From: Entomortierella parvispora E1425
Lineage: Eukaryota; Fungi; Mortierellomycota
Direction: 5' to 3'
DNA length: 64,000 bases
NCBI GenBank assembly: GCA_020891255.1
Contig: BQFW01000009.1
Span: 1,178,001-1,242,000, forward strand
In this document: positions 23,931-38,651 of the stretch, piece after piece
Numbering within the stretch: position 1 is the stretch's first letter
Layout of the letters: each line of letters opens with the position of its first letter
The notes under the pieces: generated by a model
The model's database searches: none
Told to the model about the DNA's origin: nothing
Seen by the model: the letters and a program-made list of their open reading frames with translations, nothing else
Program-made: the position numbers and the translations under genes

Positions 23931-26042
23931 ATGGATACATTGCCAGTTCATCGTGCCATTTCCATCCCATTACTGTTGGACGGCATTTGTCGGCATCTCA
24001 GCCCTCGGAACCTCATTCCGCTGGTCCAAGTCTCCAAGGCCTTCCACAACGCGTTCTTGCCCTATCGATGGCGAGCTCTAGACAACGGTGTTTTGGGACG
24101 AAGGGGCTCTGATTTATTTCGAGGTCCTACAGTTGAGACACAGGCCGCGTTGGTTCATTACGGCGCTTCTTTGACCCGTGAGGTCATCCTTCAAGTGCAC
24201 AGTGCAGTCCTCTTGCATCTTCTTGTACGGGAACAAACCGCTTGCAATCAATTGCAATCGATTGTGCACGAGTCTGTGGATAGTGGGTTCTTGAAGCACT
24301 TTCGGCAGGCTTGGAGAGGTTATGATGAAGTTCTGGATCATCCGCTGAAGAGCCACGGCCAGATATTCTGGCAGCAGTGGAAACTCCATAGGACCAAGGA
24401 GCTACAATCACATCCACAACTCACAGGAGCGAGCCCATACGACGAATTGGCCCTTGCTGCCTATGATTCAAAGTTCATGGCCTTGACATTGGCAGAGAAG
24501 AACCAACGATCGTTACAAAAATTTTGGTTGAACGGCCTTCCCTTTATCACCGTGCCGCTTTCCATTCGATGTGTTCAGGTGGTGTCCAGGCTGGAAAACT
24601 TGCGATCGCTCCAGTTAGGGGACATATCCGCAGTCATGTTCTTGGATGTTTGGCGTCATTTGCCGGGCCAGGTGGAGGATCTTTTCTGGTCGACCAATAT
24701 ACAGCATGACTCCCTTAACTCCTCTCTATGCTTCTGATCAGGATCTGGAAGACGATTGGATTCGATACCAAGAATCGGTTGGGCGAGTCATCCTTGAGAG
24801 CTACGACGATAACGACGACAGCAGCAGCAGCAGTGGCGACGATATTATCCCCTATTCTAGAATCTCTGCAGCCAGAGAAAGTAGTTGGCTTCAAACCATC
24901 TGAGTCTTGACGGCGTCTACGGCTATCAAACATCGACTGCACACCTTGAAAATGAAAGGTCACCTTTCATCTCATCCACGTTGGTTATTGCCGGAAATAT
25001 TGAACCATTGCCCGAACCTTCAGTCCTTCACCTTTCCCAAGATCAGGCTTGACAAAAACGCGGTGAACTCCCTTCTGGAAACCTTGAATGGGCTGATCCG
25101 TCTGTCTGACCTCCATATGGAATCGTTGCAGCTTGATTCGGACGAACAGTACGCACTGTTTTTTGGATTATTTACACCAGCTGGAGAAAATCAACAGTCT
25201 CAACACAGCCGTAACGCCGTGACAAACGATCGACCTTATCAACAACGCCCATCCTTGCACTCGTATGACTTGTCAACCAGGGTGCTGCGCTCTTTTACCC
25301 TCCCGCGCTCTGAAGAGTTTGGAGTGAAATCATTTGAGGCCTTAGCAATGCATCATCCGACATTAGAAGAGTTTAAGCACTACGTCCCCGAGAGGACACT
25401 CACTCATCAAATGGTGCTGAAACAATTGGAGAGCTGTCCTCGCCTGAAGAGCTTTGTGACCCTGAAGGATAGTTGGATTTGACCCCATCAGAAGCGCCAT
25501 CGGCTACAGTGGAGATCCCCTTACTACAGCAGCTCACGACTCTTGCCCTGTCTGAAAGCACAAAGACCAATTTGACATGGCCTTGCACAAGGACTCTGAC
25601 CACTTTATGCTTGGTCTTGAATTTCAGCGAATTTAGTTTCAAAGACGGATCGCGTTGGTCGTGCGTTCGCGAGGTCAATCGACGGTTGGGACAATTCATA
25701 GCACTGGAGGATCTATCTGTTCGCAGTCATAGGGGAGTCTTCCAGATGGATTTAGCTCCACTGCATACGGACCGCCGACCACGCAACTCCGGAACAGGCA
25801 TAAGGGAACATGTGGACATGGATTGGACACTTGCTCACGGCCTGGGTTATCTCAGCCCACTCAAGCAAATGCGTTGCCTGAACCTCGTCCATGCAAACCA
25901 CGGCATTGGTCGACCAGAGCTAGAGTGGATGCTGGAGAATTGGCCAAATCTAGAGTCTTTACCTAGTCTTTTCAAGGAGAGAAAGAGCAAATTGAGCAAG
26001 AGTGACATGGAGTGGATCCTGGATCATGTGCAGTGTACATGA
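23931..26042 (+). pseudogene. F-box/LRR gene (copy C) with three lesions
   Basis: F-box start (AISIPLLLDGICRHLSPRNLIPLVQVSKAFH). Frameshift near 24715, in-frame TGA at 24901-24903, frameshift near 25480. The family C-terminus (WPCTRTL...HGLGYLSPLKQMR...WMLENWPNL) is present. I found no usable splice sites that remove the lesions. Confidence 0.7.
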
Positions 26043-26134
26043 TATTCGAGGCTGCAAATGATACAAAAAGTGGCGAGAAATGAGACGGCATGGTTTTATT
26101 ATGAGGGATGATCAAATAAAAAAAAAAAGCCATA

Positions 26135-28152
<2,018 letters not shown>

Positions 28153-28482
28153 GAGTGAGACGTGTTGTGCGAGTCACGTCCGTCCAATTTGGTGGCAACC
28201 ACATACACACACAGAGAGAAAGAAAGCACAAAAATAGGCCAAGCCACCATTCAGGCCCACACCTCTCTTTCCCCCCCTTCTGTGTCCTGCCCTGGCTCGC
28301 AAAGACACCCCGGGCGATTGTAGATTTGATTCATCCATCCATTTCATTCATTCATTCCCTCCGTCCGTCCGTCCGTCCCTTCGTTCGTCTGTCTGTCGGC
28401 CTCTCCTTCCCGCCCCCCTCTGTCTCTTCTCTTCTCTTCTCTTCTCTTCCCCCTTGCCGCCAATCCCTCTCCCTAATTCACC

Positions 28483-29496
28483 ATGGCTGCCCTCACCCGA
28501 TCCGCTCGCATGGCTCTGACCAGCAGCTCTCTTCAGCAGATTCGCTTTGCCTCCACCAAGAAGGTCGCCACCTCAAAGACCTCTTCCGAAGACGACCTGA
28601 TCACCTTGCCTCGCTACAAGGAATACAGCACAGGCGTCAGCCGTCTCCGCGAGCACTACCGCAACACTGTCCAGGACGACTTGATGGTCTTGACCTACAA
28701 CCACAGCTTCAAGCCCAAGGCAAAGATCCCCGAGGGCGTGCGCATCGAGTTGAAGGGCAACAAGCACATCAAGCCTGCTCCCAAGGCTCCTTCGCCCACC
28801 GCTGTTCCTGAGTTGGTCAAGATTGATGTCCATTGCATGATGAAGGAGGCCTTGACAAGCAAGTTCAACTTGCTCAGTGGATTCATGGCCATTCAGTCGA
28901 TCACAGGAGAGATGCCCGAGCTGATCAACTCCAAGAAGGGCGTTCACCCCTGGAAGCTGCGTGCCGGTACGAGATCTTGATCAGTCGTTATTCATTCACT
29001 TTTGCTTTTTTTTGGTTCTGCCTGTTGCCATGTGTCCGTGGAGCCATATTGTCATTGTTGTCCTGTCTTCACGATCGCTCACATTCCCTTTTGCTTGTTT
29101 TGTACCACGACCTACCTCGGAAACATAGGAAACCCGATCGGCTGCAAGGTCACTTTGAAGGGCGACAAGATGTACCAGTTCTTGGACAAGTTGGTCGAGG
29201 TTGTGTTGCCAAGGATGAAGGAATGGCCAGGATTGCCAGAATCTGCAGGAGATGCGACCGGCAACATTGGCATGGGTTTCCCTCCCTCGGCCATGTCACT
29301 ATTCCCCGAGATTGAGCAGAACTTTGATATGTTCCCTCGCATGACCGGATTCGATGTCACCTTCACCACCACTGCCAACACAAACTTGGAGGCTAGACTC
29401 TTGCTTAGCGGATTCAACATGCCCTTCCAACAAAAGAGCCGCTCCGCACCCGTAACGAAAGCAGCAGCCCCAGCAGCAGCACCTGTATCACCATAG
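28483..29496 (+). CDS. MRPL7: Mitochondrial ribosomal protein uL5m; intron 28967-29128
   Basis: Presequence-like N-terminus followed by uL5 motifs: VPELVKIDVH, QSITGEMP, WKLRAG|NPIGCKVTLKG, FLDKLVEVVLPR, FPEIE, GFDVTFTTTA. Confidence 0.93.
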
Positions 29497-29790
29497 AAAA
29501 GTTTTCCTTCAACATAGAGCTTCCCCATCCCCATTCATTGTCATTAGTCCACTAAAAAACACAGTATCCATAGCATGTTTTTGCACCATGAGGCTCGGAG
29601 GATAGGATTGTTCTATTGTTCAAAGGAATGACCATTTAGTTCAGGGATCTGCGACCTCACACGACCAGCGGTTGGCGGGGTTGTGTCCACGTTCTCCCGG
29701 CAAAGAGGCAGTGCAGAAATACGCTACCCCTCCCCACTTTTCTTGAGATTCCTCCTTTCTTCTTTCTTTATCCTCGTTCACTTCCACGTC

Positions 29791-32223
29791 ATGCAGAATA
29801 ACGAATCTATAATCCCTCCTCCGATACGATCTCCACTCGAGCTCAACGAGATCCTGGACGCCATCTTCTCGTTCCTAGGACAACAGGCGCTCAAGACCAT
29901 ATTTCTCGTCTGTCGGCAATGGCATCATATCGCTCTCCGTCGCCTCACACCTTCGTTCTGTTGGAATGGACTTCAGTTTTCAAAAGGAGACTCTGAATAT
30001 AGTCAAGAGCTCGAAACAACTCAAAAGAATCTCAAGGAGGCTCGTATCCTGATCTGCGGGCAAAAGAGTCCACGCTATGGACCAGTCCGCCAAGAACGAA
30101 ACCCAAAAGCCACGGCTAGATGGGATGCCTCGCTTGAGCTAGTCAAGGAGGTTGCGCAGGCAGGTCAGCTCCAGATTCAGCAATTGACTTTGCGCCTCAA
30201 TCGTGATTCTTGGGATTTTGGCACCAGTTTGTTCCCAAGACGAGACAATCTTTTGGTCAGCGGCCATGGCGGTTGGCCCGGCATGGGCGCACATCTGAGA
30301 GAACTTACGATCGAAACCAGTGTTAGTCATGAATCGTTTCCTTTGCAAAGGATTCTCGAAAATTGCCCAATTCTCATCCACCTCACCTTGAGAGCCACTC
30401 GCCACGCGGTCTACACTCGATTGGAAAGTTGTCAGCTCTTGCCGTCTGAGACAGGAACTAGGGTACTCAAGTCCTTGACGCTCGAGAACTTGGCCATCGA
30501 GGCGACTGTTTTCCAAGAGTATTTTCCACAATTGGCCAACTTGAAAGAGCTAAGGTTGATCGTTCTTCAAGCGGACCCCGCCGAAGGAGACACGACCTTA
30601 ATCTTGAACAGGACCACTCAGCGTTCATTTTTTCAACTTCTGGCTCAGCATTGTCCGTTATTGCAGTCACTGGTCTATAGTACTGCCATCCGAGGCTCAC
30701 AACCTTGGCTAGTGGAGGCGGTAGAAGAGGGCAACGGCGAGGAGGATGTGTATCAGATGCTATTTAGGATGTTTCCTGGCGTCCGTTCCTGGGGTCTGCC
30801 CTTTGATGAACTGTGTGTGACAGGAATGAGGAGGGAGTCAAGACCTCTCACGCAGCTGAGTCCAGTCATGGTCCAGAATTGCGTCACGACCTTGGAGATT
30901 GTTCCAGGGACCTGGCCCTTTGGCGACTCTGACTTGATTTACAAACCGGATGCCTATGCAAAACAGCTGATGGCCAGCCGTCTCCTTGACCTGTTCCTTC
31001 AAGAGTCGCCCCAGTTACTGCATCTCAAGACCAAAGGGGTTTCGTTCATGATGACCTCCCGACGACGCTTGTGGGCCTGCAGGGGCTTGTTGACACTGTC
31101 AATCATGTACCGGGACCAGTACTCGACCTACAAAACTCCTTATGTGATCAATCGTCTTCGAGGGCAAGAGAGTCGATGTTTCTTTGCATACCTGAGTCGA
31201 ACATGTCCGGCACTGAAAGAGCTCGAGATGGAGATCACGGGCGAGGTCTTGGCCCTGCGGAGGGGTCTTTGTTTGTTGACGAGGATGCAATGGCTCAGAC
31301 GATTGACTATCCAGATGAGCATTGATAACTGGGATGGCTGGAATCCCCAAGTACACACTCTGGGTGAGAATGACTTTGCGTGGATCTTACGGTTACCAAA
31401 GACCCTCCCCTCCTCACCACCGCCATTACTCCCTCCTCCTTCCTCTTCCTCGTTGTCATGGCCCTGGCGACGGTCGCCATCCTCCTCCTTACCGCCGTCG
31501 CCTCACATTCTTTCTGCCGAGGAAGAATATCGGATCTATCAATCAGAAGCGCTAAAGTCCTGCCTCATCAAGGTCCAAGACGACGACTTTTACAACTGCA
31601 GCGACAGAAGCATTGAACGCGCAACTTATGAGACTGGTCCCTCCCCCGGTAAACCCCTTACAGCTTGGGAGAAGATCAAAGACGAGGCCTATCAGGTCAT
31701 TCATAAGAGTGCGGTCCAAATGGATACAATGACTGGCTGGAAAAACGGTCGAGAACGACGGGCCGTCAGTCTCCGAGCGCTTGAAACTCCAAACGCATGT
31801 CACTATTGGACTGACTATGGACGACCGACCGATGTTTGGCCCATGGTGGATGGATTGACTGAAGATTTCATTGGGAGCCTTTTGGATGTAGAGGCCCGTC
31901 TTTTGGCACTGATCGAAGGTCAAGATCGATTCCAGCAGAGGGCATCTGAAGCACAGCAAACCAACCCTGCCGAAAAGGGCAAGAGCACAAAAGAAGGAAG
32001 AAAAGCAAGAGAAAAAAAGTCTCTGCCTTGGAAGAAATCGGGTGCCGTTGGTGATATCATGGTCGCTGGTCCTTGGTCTTTTATGGACGAGTTACGGATC
32101 GAGTATAAGCCGACGCTGTGTTGGGGAAGGGAAAAAGTCCTCCAGCAACATGTTATGGATGTACAAAAATTACTGAGGCAAATGAGACCAGACATTGACA
32201 TTCATGCAACCTATTCACCGTAA
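29791..32223 (+). CDS. F-box/LRR protein (copy D), intronless, ~810 aa
   Basis: SPLELNEILDAIFSFLGQQALKTIFLVCRQWHHIA F-box; LWACRGLLTL and GLCLLTRMQWLRRL family motifs. Confidence 0.85.
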   Translation: MQNNESIIPPPIRSPLELNEILDAIFSFLGQQALKTIFLVCRQWHHIALRRLTPSFCWNGLQFSKGDSEYSQELETTQKNLKEARILICGQKSPRYGPVRQERNPKATARWDASLELVKEVAQAGQLQIQQLTLRLNRDSWDFGTSLFPRRDNLLVSGHGGWPGMGAHLRELTIETSVSHESFPLQRILENCPILIHLTLRATRHAVYTRLESCQLLPSETGTRVLKSLTLENLAIEATVFQEYFPQLANLKELRLIVLQADPAEGDTTLILNRTTQRSFFQLLAQHCPLLQSLVYSTAIRGSQPWLVEAVEEGNGEEDVYQMLFRMFPGVRSWGLPFDELCVTGMRRESRPLTQLSPVMVQNCVTTLEIVPGTWPFGDSDLIYKPDAYAKQLMASRLLDLFLQESPQLLHLKTKGVSFMMTSRRRLWACRGLLTLSIMYRDQYSTYKTPYVINRLRGQESRCFFAYLSRTCPALKELEMEITGEVLALRRGLCLLTRMQWLRRLTIQMSIDNWDGWNPQVHTLGENDFAWILRLPKTLPSSPPPLLPPPSSSSLSWPWRRSPSSSLPPSPHILSAEEEYRIYQSEALKSCLIKVQDDDFYNCSDRSIERATYETGPSPGKPLTAWEKIKDEAYQVIHKSAVQMDTMTGWKNGRERRAVSLRALETPNACHYWTDYGRPTDVWPMVDGLTEDFIGSLLDVEARLLALIEGQDRFQQRASEAQQTNPAEKGKSTKEGRKAREKKSLPWKKSGAVGDIMVAGPWSFMDELRIEYKPTLCWGREKVLQQHVMDVQKLLRQMRPDIDIHATYSP

Positions 32224-32344
32224 TTATCATAGTCTACCATCATACCATGGCCATGATAATAAACGGCTCAAATTTTATTCCACAAATATGTCCAACAACG
32301 AACGGCGATGACAATCAATGAGGGGGCGATAACGGACAATTGCA

Positions 32345-33867
32345 CTAGTCCTCATTCACCTGTTCTGTCGAGTCCCGAGATAATTTCCAATAGGTGATCC
32401 GATGCAGTTTTGGGTACGTGCTCCTGATCTTGGCAAATTCGCTCTCCTGCATGGGTCCCGTCCTCACCAGATGCAGTTCTTCCAGCGAGTCTCTGCTCCA
32501 CTGCTCCAACGTTTGCAGCGTCACATTCTGATCGTCGTCCCCAATATCGATCGACAATCTCTTGATGGCCAAAGGTGCCAGCAGGGAGAAAACCCGAGAT
32601 TCAAACGTGGTTGCTTTATCGGGTCCCAGATAGACCAGAGGAGGTCCATGCAGGATACACTTGTCCATTCTCATGTTCAGGTAGAGTCGCTCAAGTTTGG
32701 GGCAGTGTCGGACCAATGTTTGGAACAGGCGCTCGCAATCGATCTTTGTAGGTAAGGTCGGTAAAGAAAGGTCCTTTAGTTGAGAGCACTGCCTGAGGAA
32801 CCAAAGCAAGATCTCACGACCCCCAAAGTCATGCAGTTTGTCCACAAAGAGATGGAACCGAGTGAGGGACAGTGGCCGGAGAGGGTACAGCTCCTTTTTG
32901 CCGTGGGTGGAGCGTGCGACCTCAGCAAAGTGGTTATTGTAACGTACTGTGCGCGACAGGTTTGAAAAGGAGTAGTGGGGGGAAAGAATACGGAACTCGA
33001 CCGAGAGTAGAGATTCAGGCAGGTGTCTGAGGATCGATATCTCGTCCACGCCTGCATTGTTGAAGAACTCCAAGGTGAGGTGGGCCAAATGTCGAACCTC
33101 GTCTGTGCGGATACTACTCGAGATATTCCCAAAGTAGTTGAAGAGTCGGGATTGAAGATCTGGGGTGTATTTGACCAAAGGCAGATGCAAGGACAAGAGG
33201 CCAGGCGTCTTGTCCAAGAGCGACCAGGGTCCATCCAGCCAACGACTTTTGTTCCGTGCAGTGGAAATCACCCCGTTGTTTGCTACCCCTCCTGCTCCCT
33301 CCAAGGTGTGGTTGCTGTTGATGCCTTCTCCGCCGTTGCCTGTATCGTCATCATCACTCCAAAGTAGTTCTATCGATCCATTCTCCAGAGTTGCAGTATC
33401 CACATTCTCATCTCCTGCTTCATACGCGGTACTGTCATCGATATCACTGCCATCCATGCTGTTGTCTTCGTCGGTATTGTCATCATCATCATCATCGTCC
33501 ACAAAGCCAAAAGCGCCCCCGACGGATGTCTTCCACTCTTCCTTTTTCAGCGTAAAGATCAGAGTCTCGAGCTTTGGAAAGTTCAGTTGATCTTGGCCCA
33601 GGTAACCAAGGCTGACGGTTAGCTCTCGGACCATGCCCGCGTGTTGGAGTATCTGGGTCTGTTCTATCTCCGAGTGCTTCTTAAAGAGGGAAGAGCCGTC
33701 CCTGCGGACGAGTGAGAGATGCCTCCATTGATGGGGCTCAAAGATCTCGTGCCAAAGTGAGCAGACCTGGGCGCAGTTCCAGATATCTTCGTGAGAAAGG
33801 TGTTGGACAATAGAGTCCAGAAGCATGGGAATCTCCACCACGGAGACACGGACGGGTTCAGTGCGCT

Positions 33868-33871
<4 letters not shown>
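32345..33871 (-). CDS. F-box/LRR protein (copy E), intronless, ~508 aa, with an acidic insert
   Basis: SVVEIPMLLDSIVQHLSHEDIWNCAQVCSLWHEIFEPHQWR F-box followed by LRR-like repeats. Confidence 0.85.
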
Positions 33872-33898
<27 letters not shown>

Positions 33899-34239
33899 GT
33901 GAGGGGAGAAAGGCTGCGCGCGTGTGATGTGAAACTGGTCGGGCAAGGATAAAAGGGCGAGCGGAAAGTGAATGAAATGAACAAGTGCGCGAGCTGAATG
34001 AGAGGAGGGTGAGTGGTGAATGGCGAAGGGTTGAAAAGAGCGGATGAGAGGAGGTTGCAGCACGGTTGCACCAAATGAAAAATCCCACACCCCTTTCAAC
34101 AACCTGCAAAGCTCGCACCCATCGAGGTGGGCAAAGCAGCGACGACCCGTGATTGTCCCATCCATAGATTTCTTTCGCTCTCATTTACTACAGTAATAAT
34201 TTTGTGCAGAGCATGGTCTTGCTGTCCTTGTAAGAGTTA

Positions 34240-35032
34240 TCAAATCTCGTCGTCGCTTGCTTCTGCCAAAAACATGGGTTCATCATCCGCATAGCCCTCT
34301 GCTCCGAATCCATCAATGTCCAAGGACTGTGACCGGACGTTGCTAAAGTCAATGGCTGCCACTCTTGGGTTGGCAATAAGCGAGTTCCTAGATATTCCAT
34401 TCAGGGTTCAAAAACATAGGATGTCAGAAAGCAATCGAGCAAAGACCAGATGAAATCAAGCGGATTCAGAGAACAAATATTGCCATAAAAAAAAAAGTCA
34501 ACATACTTGCGAATCATGGTGTAAAGTCGCCAACATTGGACAGCGTTTCGAAGGATCAAGAGCAACGTATCCAGCACCTGCTCAGCCTTATGTCCCGACC
34601 CACATCCTTCCAAGACCAAGATCAAAGTGATGAAACAAAACACTACCAACAAGATGTCTAGGATGTTGGATGTCGACCTCCAGTAATTCTATCAAAGCAT
34701 GAAAGAGAGAGAGAAAAAGAGGATGAGTTTGGTCAAGTCCCCTTCGAAGGCTAAAATAATAACCGTGCATCTTGTTTTTTCCCCCTTTCATTTACCCTGC
34801 CCAGGGCGGTCAAGCGGATGGCGACTTCTGCAATCATTGTCCCGTTAATGATGGACTCCAGGACGATAAAGAGCGAGGAGCTTGAACAGCCTTGCTGGAA
34901 TGAAAGAAATATCGACCAGACCGAGAGAATAGCCATGACCAGGTAGAGGATCATGTAGAATTTTGAGTAGAGGATCCTGTTGGCGAGGTTCTGAAAGATT
35001 TCGCGCCTCGTTAGACTATGATGGCTCCTCAT
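34240..35032 (-). CDS. Small four-helix membrane protein resembling an isolated voltage-sensor (S1-S4) domain, 188 aa, 3 exons (35032-34796, 34688-34507, 34387-34240)
   Basis: The exons join in frame (567 nt). S2-like LESIINGTMIAEVAIRL, S3-like YWRSTSNILDILLVV, S4-like LLLILRNAVQCWRLYTMIRK; no pore helices follow. Confidence 0.75.
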
Positions 35033-35448
35033 GGGGGGTATAGAAGACTCCTGTTCGCTAGGTGGGAGAGTCGACAGGAAAAGTCAGCCTTTTGGTCGCA
35101 TTTTCAATAAAAAGAATAGGCAGTGTCATCTCTGCCATGGGTCCATGGGTCCATGTGACATGAATGCCTTGTCCTAGCAATCCACGGGGTCAAGGGTGTA
35201 CCTCGCAATGGTGTAGTGGCTGTGGTCCATGTCGGGCAGAGCTGTGGGTGATGTGTTGTTGGAGAGGGTGGGTTGTAGGAGGTAAGGAGATGCAACGGCG
35301 CCAAGGGGAAGGAGCTCGTCGCCCTTGTGCGCACCGCCTGGTCGACTTTTTTTTGTGACTGTTCTCCTGGTAATCCACATCCAAGGATGTCCGTTTCTGT
35401 GCTGACTTGTGCAACAGCGGGGTGGAGAGAATTGGATTTTTATTACTA

Positions 35449-38400
35449 TTATACAAAGACGCTGCTCAGTCCTACAGGGTCATCTCTCTCGTTTCGGATT
35501 CGAATCTCGTAGCTGTACATTTGAGAGTCGAGGTACGCCAGGTGCAGAATAAACGACGACGACGAAGACGAAGACGTGTTGGCTGCCAAGGGTCGACCAG
35601 CCGTCGACAATGATCCTAGCATACTAGGTGTTCTGGCCGGTAGTGTCGCCGACAAACGCTCAGGCTCCCGCTCTTGATCAACTGGTGGTGGTGGCCGTGG
35701 TCGAAGAGGCGAGATAGATACTCCAAGCAAAGGGAAGCCATGGGTCTCCAGACGTGGAAGGTAATATTCCGGAAAGAGGACAAATTTCGCCCCGCCTATC
35801 GTAACGGTGTCTTCCACCTCAATACCATTCGCGTTTGCTGCTGCTTCTTCATCATTGCTCCTGGACGTTGAGCCAGTCGTCTTTGTGCTGCTTTTCGGAT
35901 CCGTTGTTTCATGTCCTTGGGCGTTGCTTCCCTGCTTTAATCCATTGTTGGCAACATTTGTTGGTGGTGGGTCATCCAACACCTTTAAAAGTCGAAAGAC
36001 TGTCACAGATCCCTTTTGGCTGGCTGCAACCAAGACTCCAAGCTCAGGAACCAACTGCATCACAAAGAGCCGGTCAAAATGGTCCAAGTGTCGGACTCGT
36101 CTTCCATCGGCCCGAGCAGCAGCGGCACGCGCAACAGAGAGAGTTTGGAGTAGCGGTATGCCTTGACTGTTGTGTGTCTTGTTGTAGTCGGTGGATAGGG
36201 GATGAGTACGAGGTCGGCTTGTCCCTGACATCCCATAGCTATGACCTTCATCGTCATCATCATCGTCATCGTCATCGTCCTCATCCTCGCTTTCAGTTTC
36301 ATCAAAGACCTCGTCCATGGTGAACTCTTCGCCTCCAGAATCTGATTGTGATCCAGTTTCTGCGTAAAGCTCCATGTCTCCGCCATGGCTTTCGATGTAA
36401 GCCAGGAATTCGTCGGCACTATCCTCTGAGTCTACATCCTCCCCTCCACCTTCGTCCTCGCTTTCATCCTCGTCCTCGTCCTCGTCACCGGCCATCGTCT
36501 GATCCTGATCTAGTGTCGTATTTGAATTCGGAGCAGTCCTTGACACACCATTATCGGACTCTTTCTCATGGGCGACCGACCGAGAAGAGTTCTCTCCCAG
36601 CAAGTAGATGTTTCGAGACGTGGCACAAAGAAGTAGCTCTCTTGGGAACCGTGGCACAGAGTATCTCAATGGCAGAGAAACAGAGTTGATAACAACAACT
36701 TGTTGTTCCATTTCGATGGTGTCGGAAATATCCTTGTTTCTTGCCTCCTGTTCATTGTCAGTTGTATCGTTGTCTACAATCGCGGACGAGTCCAGCTCTG
36801 TCGGCGGGTTTGATCGAGATGAAGATTGCTGTGAGAACTGTTCATATTCGGATGAGGACCCTCCGAGATCCGGTACTTCCAGAGCTTCAGCAGGTCGTTT
36901 CCGTTTGTATGCCTCCCCTACGTTATCTTCTGTGGTCCCACCGCCGTCCTCTGTTTCAGCTCCTATGAGCTCGTCGTCACCGTCGTCTCCAGTGTCAACG
37001 GTGGACTCGCCTTCCTGAGCTCTTTGTTCTCGTTGCTGGTCTTGATCCATCGCCCCTTCCTCCTCCTCTGTGTCATCAACATCACTGCTGCTCATGTCCT
37101 CCCATTCGTCCTCACCATCGTCGTCATCCATCCCAAAGAGTGCTGCATCTCGATCATCTAATTCGTCATGGTCGTTTTCAAGAACTCCAGCCTTTTGCGC
37201 ATCGTCGTCAGAGTCTTGTTCGTCGCATGACGTGCCGTTTAAAGGGCCAGCATACCAGCGAGTCCTGATCATTCTGAAAAAATCATTTCCCGGGGGCAAT
37301 CTCCTCTGCAAATAGGGCGTGGTTGAGAGCGGATCATCTCGTACATTTTGCCCAGGTAATTTTCCAGGTCGCAGATGGTCCTTGGGTATAGCCTTATACT
37401 CGGCACGAGTGATCGTTATCCACGCATCCTCGTCGACAAAACACACACCCCATCCCCAAAGATTCCCCAGCGACTTTTCCTGAATTTGCTTTCCATCAGA
37501 AAGACGCCAAGTGCGGCAAGTTCGGTCCACAGATGCAGTGGCGACAAAATTTCCGCAAGGGCTAAAGGTAACGGTCGGAATGTTGTGACCATGCCCCCGT
37601 AAGATCTGTTGCGAGGTCCTGTCGATAGGCTGGGGAACTGTTCTGGATGGAGAAATGGTGGCCTCAGTTGTCGAGGGTGCTGATAGTGACTGATCGTCGC
37701 CCGAACTCTCATCCATGTCACCCTCCATGAGCCTCTGTGTGAGTCGAGAGTCGATTCCACAATGAAATACGGTCACATTATGGGCGTTCGACGAGACTGC
37801 AATGAGTCGATGTTCTGCATTGATATCTATTCCCCACGCCGAATCCGTGACGCTATAGATCCGTATTATACAGTTAGGAAGCTTAAAAGCAGCTTCATGA
37901 ATGCGAAAACAAAGAACAGTGGACTCATTACCTCAAAAGCAATGGATCGCGCTGAAGGTTCATGGTGAACCAAACGCAGACATCGCCCTGCTCATCTGCA
38001 GAGACAAGTACTTCTTCCGTGCCCAGGCGCCCAACTTTCAAGACGTTGATTGTCCTGTCGATGAATTCCTATTACAGCAGATCCATGCATTGGTAAGTAT
38101 CGAATCATTTTTTTGAGGATCCTTCGGAGACACCGCTCTTACATCGTCAGTACGGCGTGGATTGGAAAGCTGTTTGACCAAAGTTGGTAGCCCTGAAGGG
38201 GTGAGAGTCGAGAAATGATAAACCATGACGTGGGAGCCGCATCCTGTGAAATTAAAACACAAACAAACAAACAACAACAAAAAAAAATTAATGTGAGATT
38301 CAGATCGCCATCAATATATCCTAGACACACCATGTCAAGGGCTTGTACCTATGAAAACAATCCGTGGCTCGTCACTGCTTGAGGCCAATAGGTTCATTTT

Positions 38401-38651
38401 CTACATTGATCGAGGGGGTTAGTGAGGCTCGGTTCCAGAAAGCCAACAGCGTCCAGATCTGATGCTGAGCATGATTTGTACCATCGTCGACAATCCTCTG
38501 CATTCCGGGATAGGGTTTCCTTCCAGAAGAGCCGTGATCTGTAAGGATGAAAACGTTGGAGAAAAGAGTGAGACCCTGGACAATTGGAGTTAGCTCCGCA
38601 TCTTGGTCGATTGCACTGTGAACTTACGGCAAGAGGTCGATATAGGCCCAT
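35449..38651 (-). CDS. CRT10: CRT10-family WD40-like protein with long acidic inserts; several short 5' exons, start codon approximate
   Basis: Spliced N-terminus KMNLLASS...IVFIGCGSHVMVY, TINVLKVGRLGTEEVLVSADEQGDV, WGIDI...LIAVSSNAHNVTVF, GHGHNIPTVTF, FDRLFVMQLVPELGVLVAASQKG. Confidence 0.75.

Noticed and set aside
20043-26128. A-runs after each tandem F-box copy as retroposed poly(A) tails
   Set aside because: Equally long A/T runs occur in introns and promoters throughout the window, copies D and E lack them, and I saw no target-site duplications.
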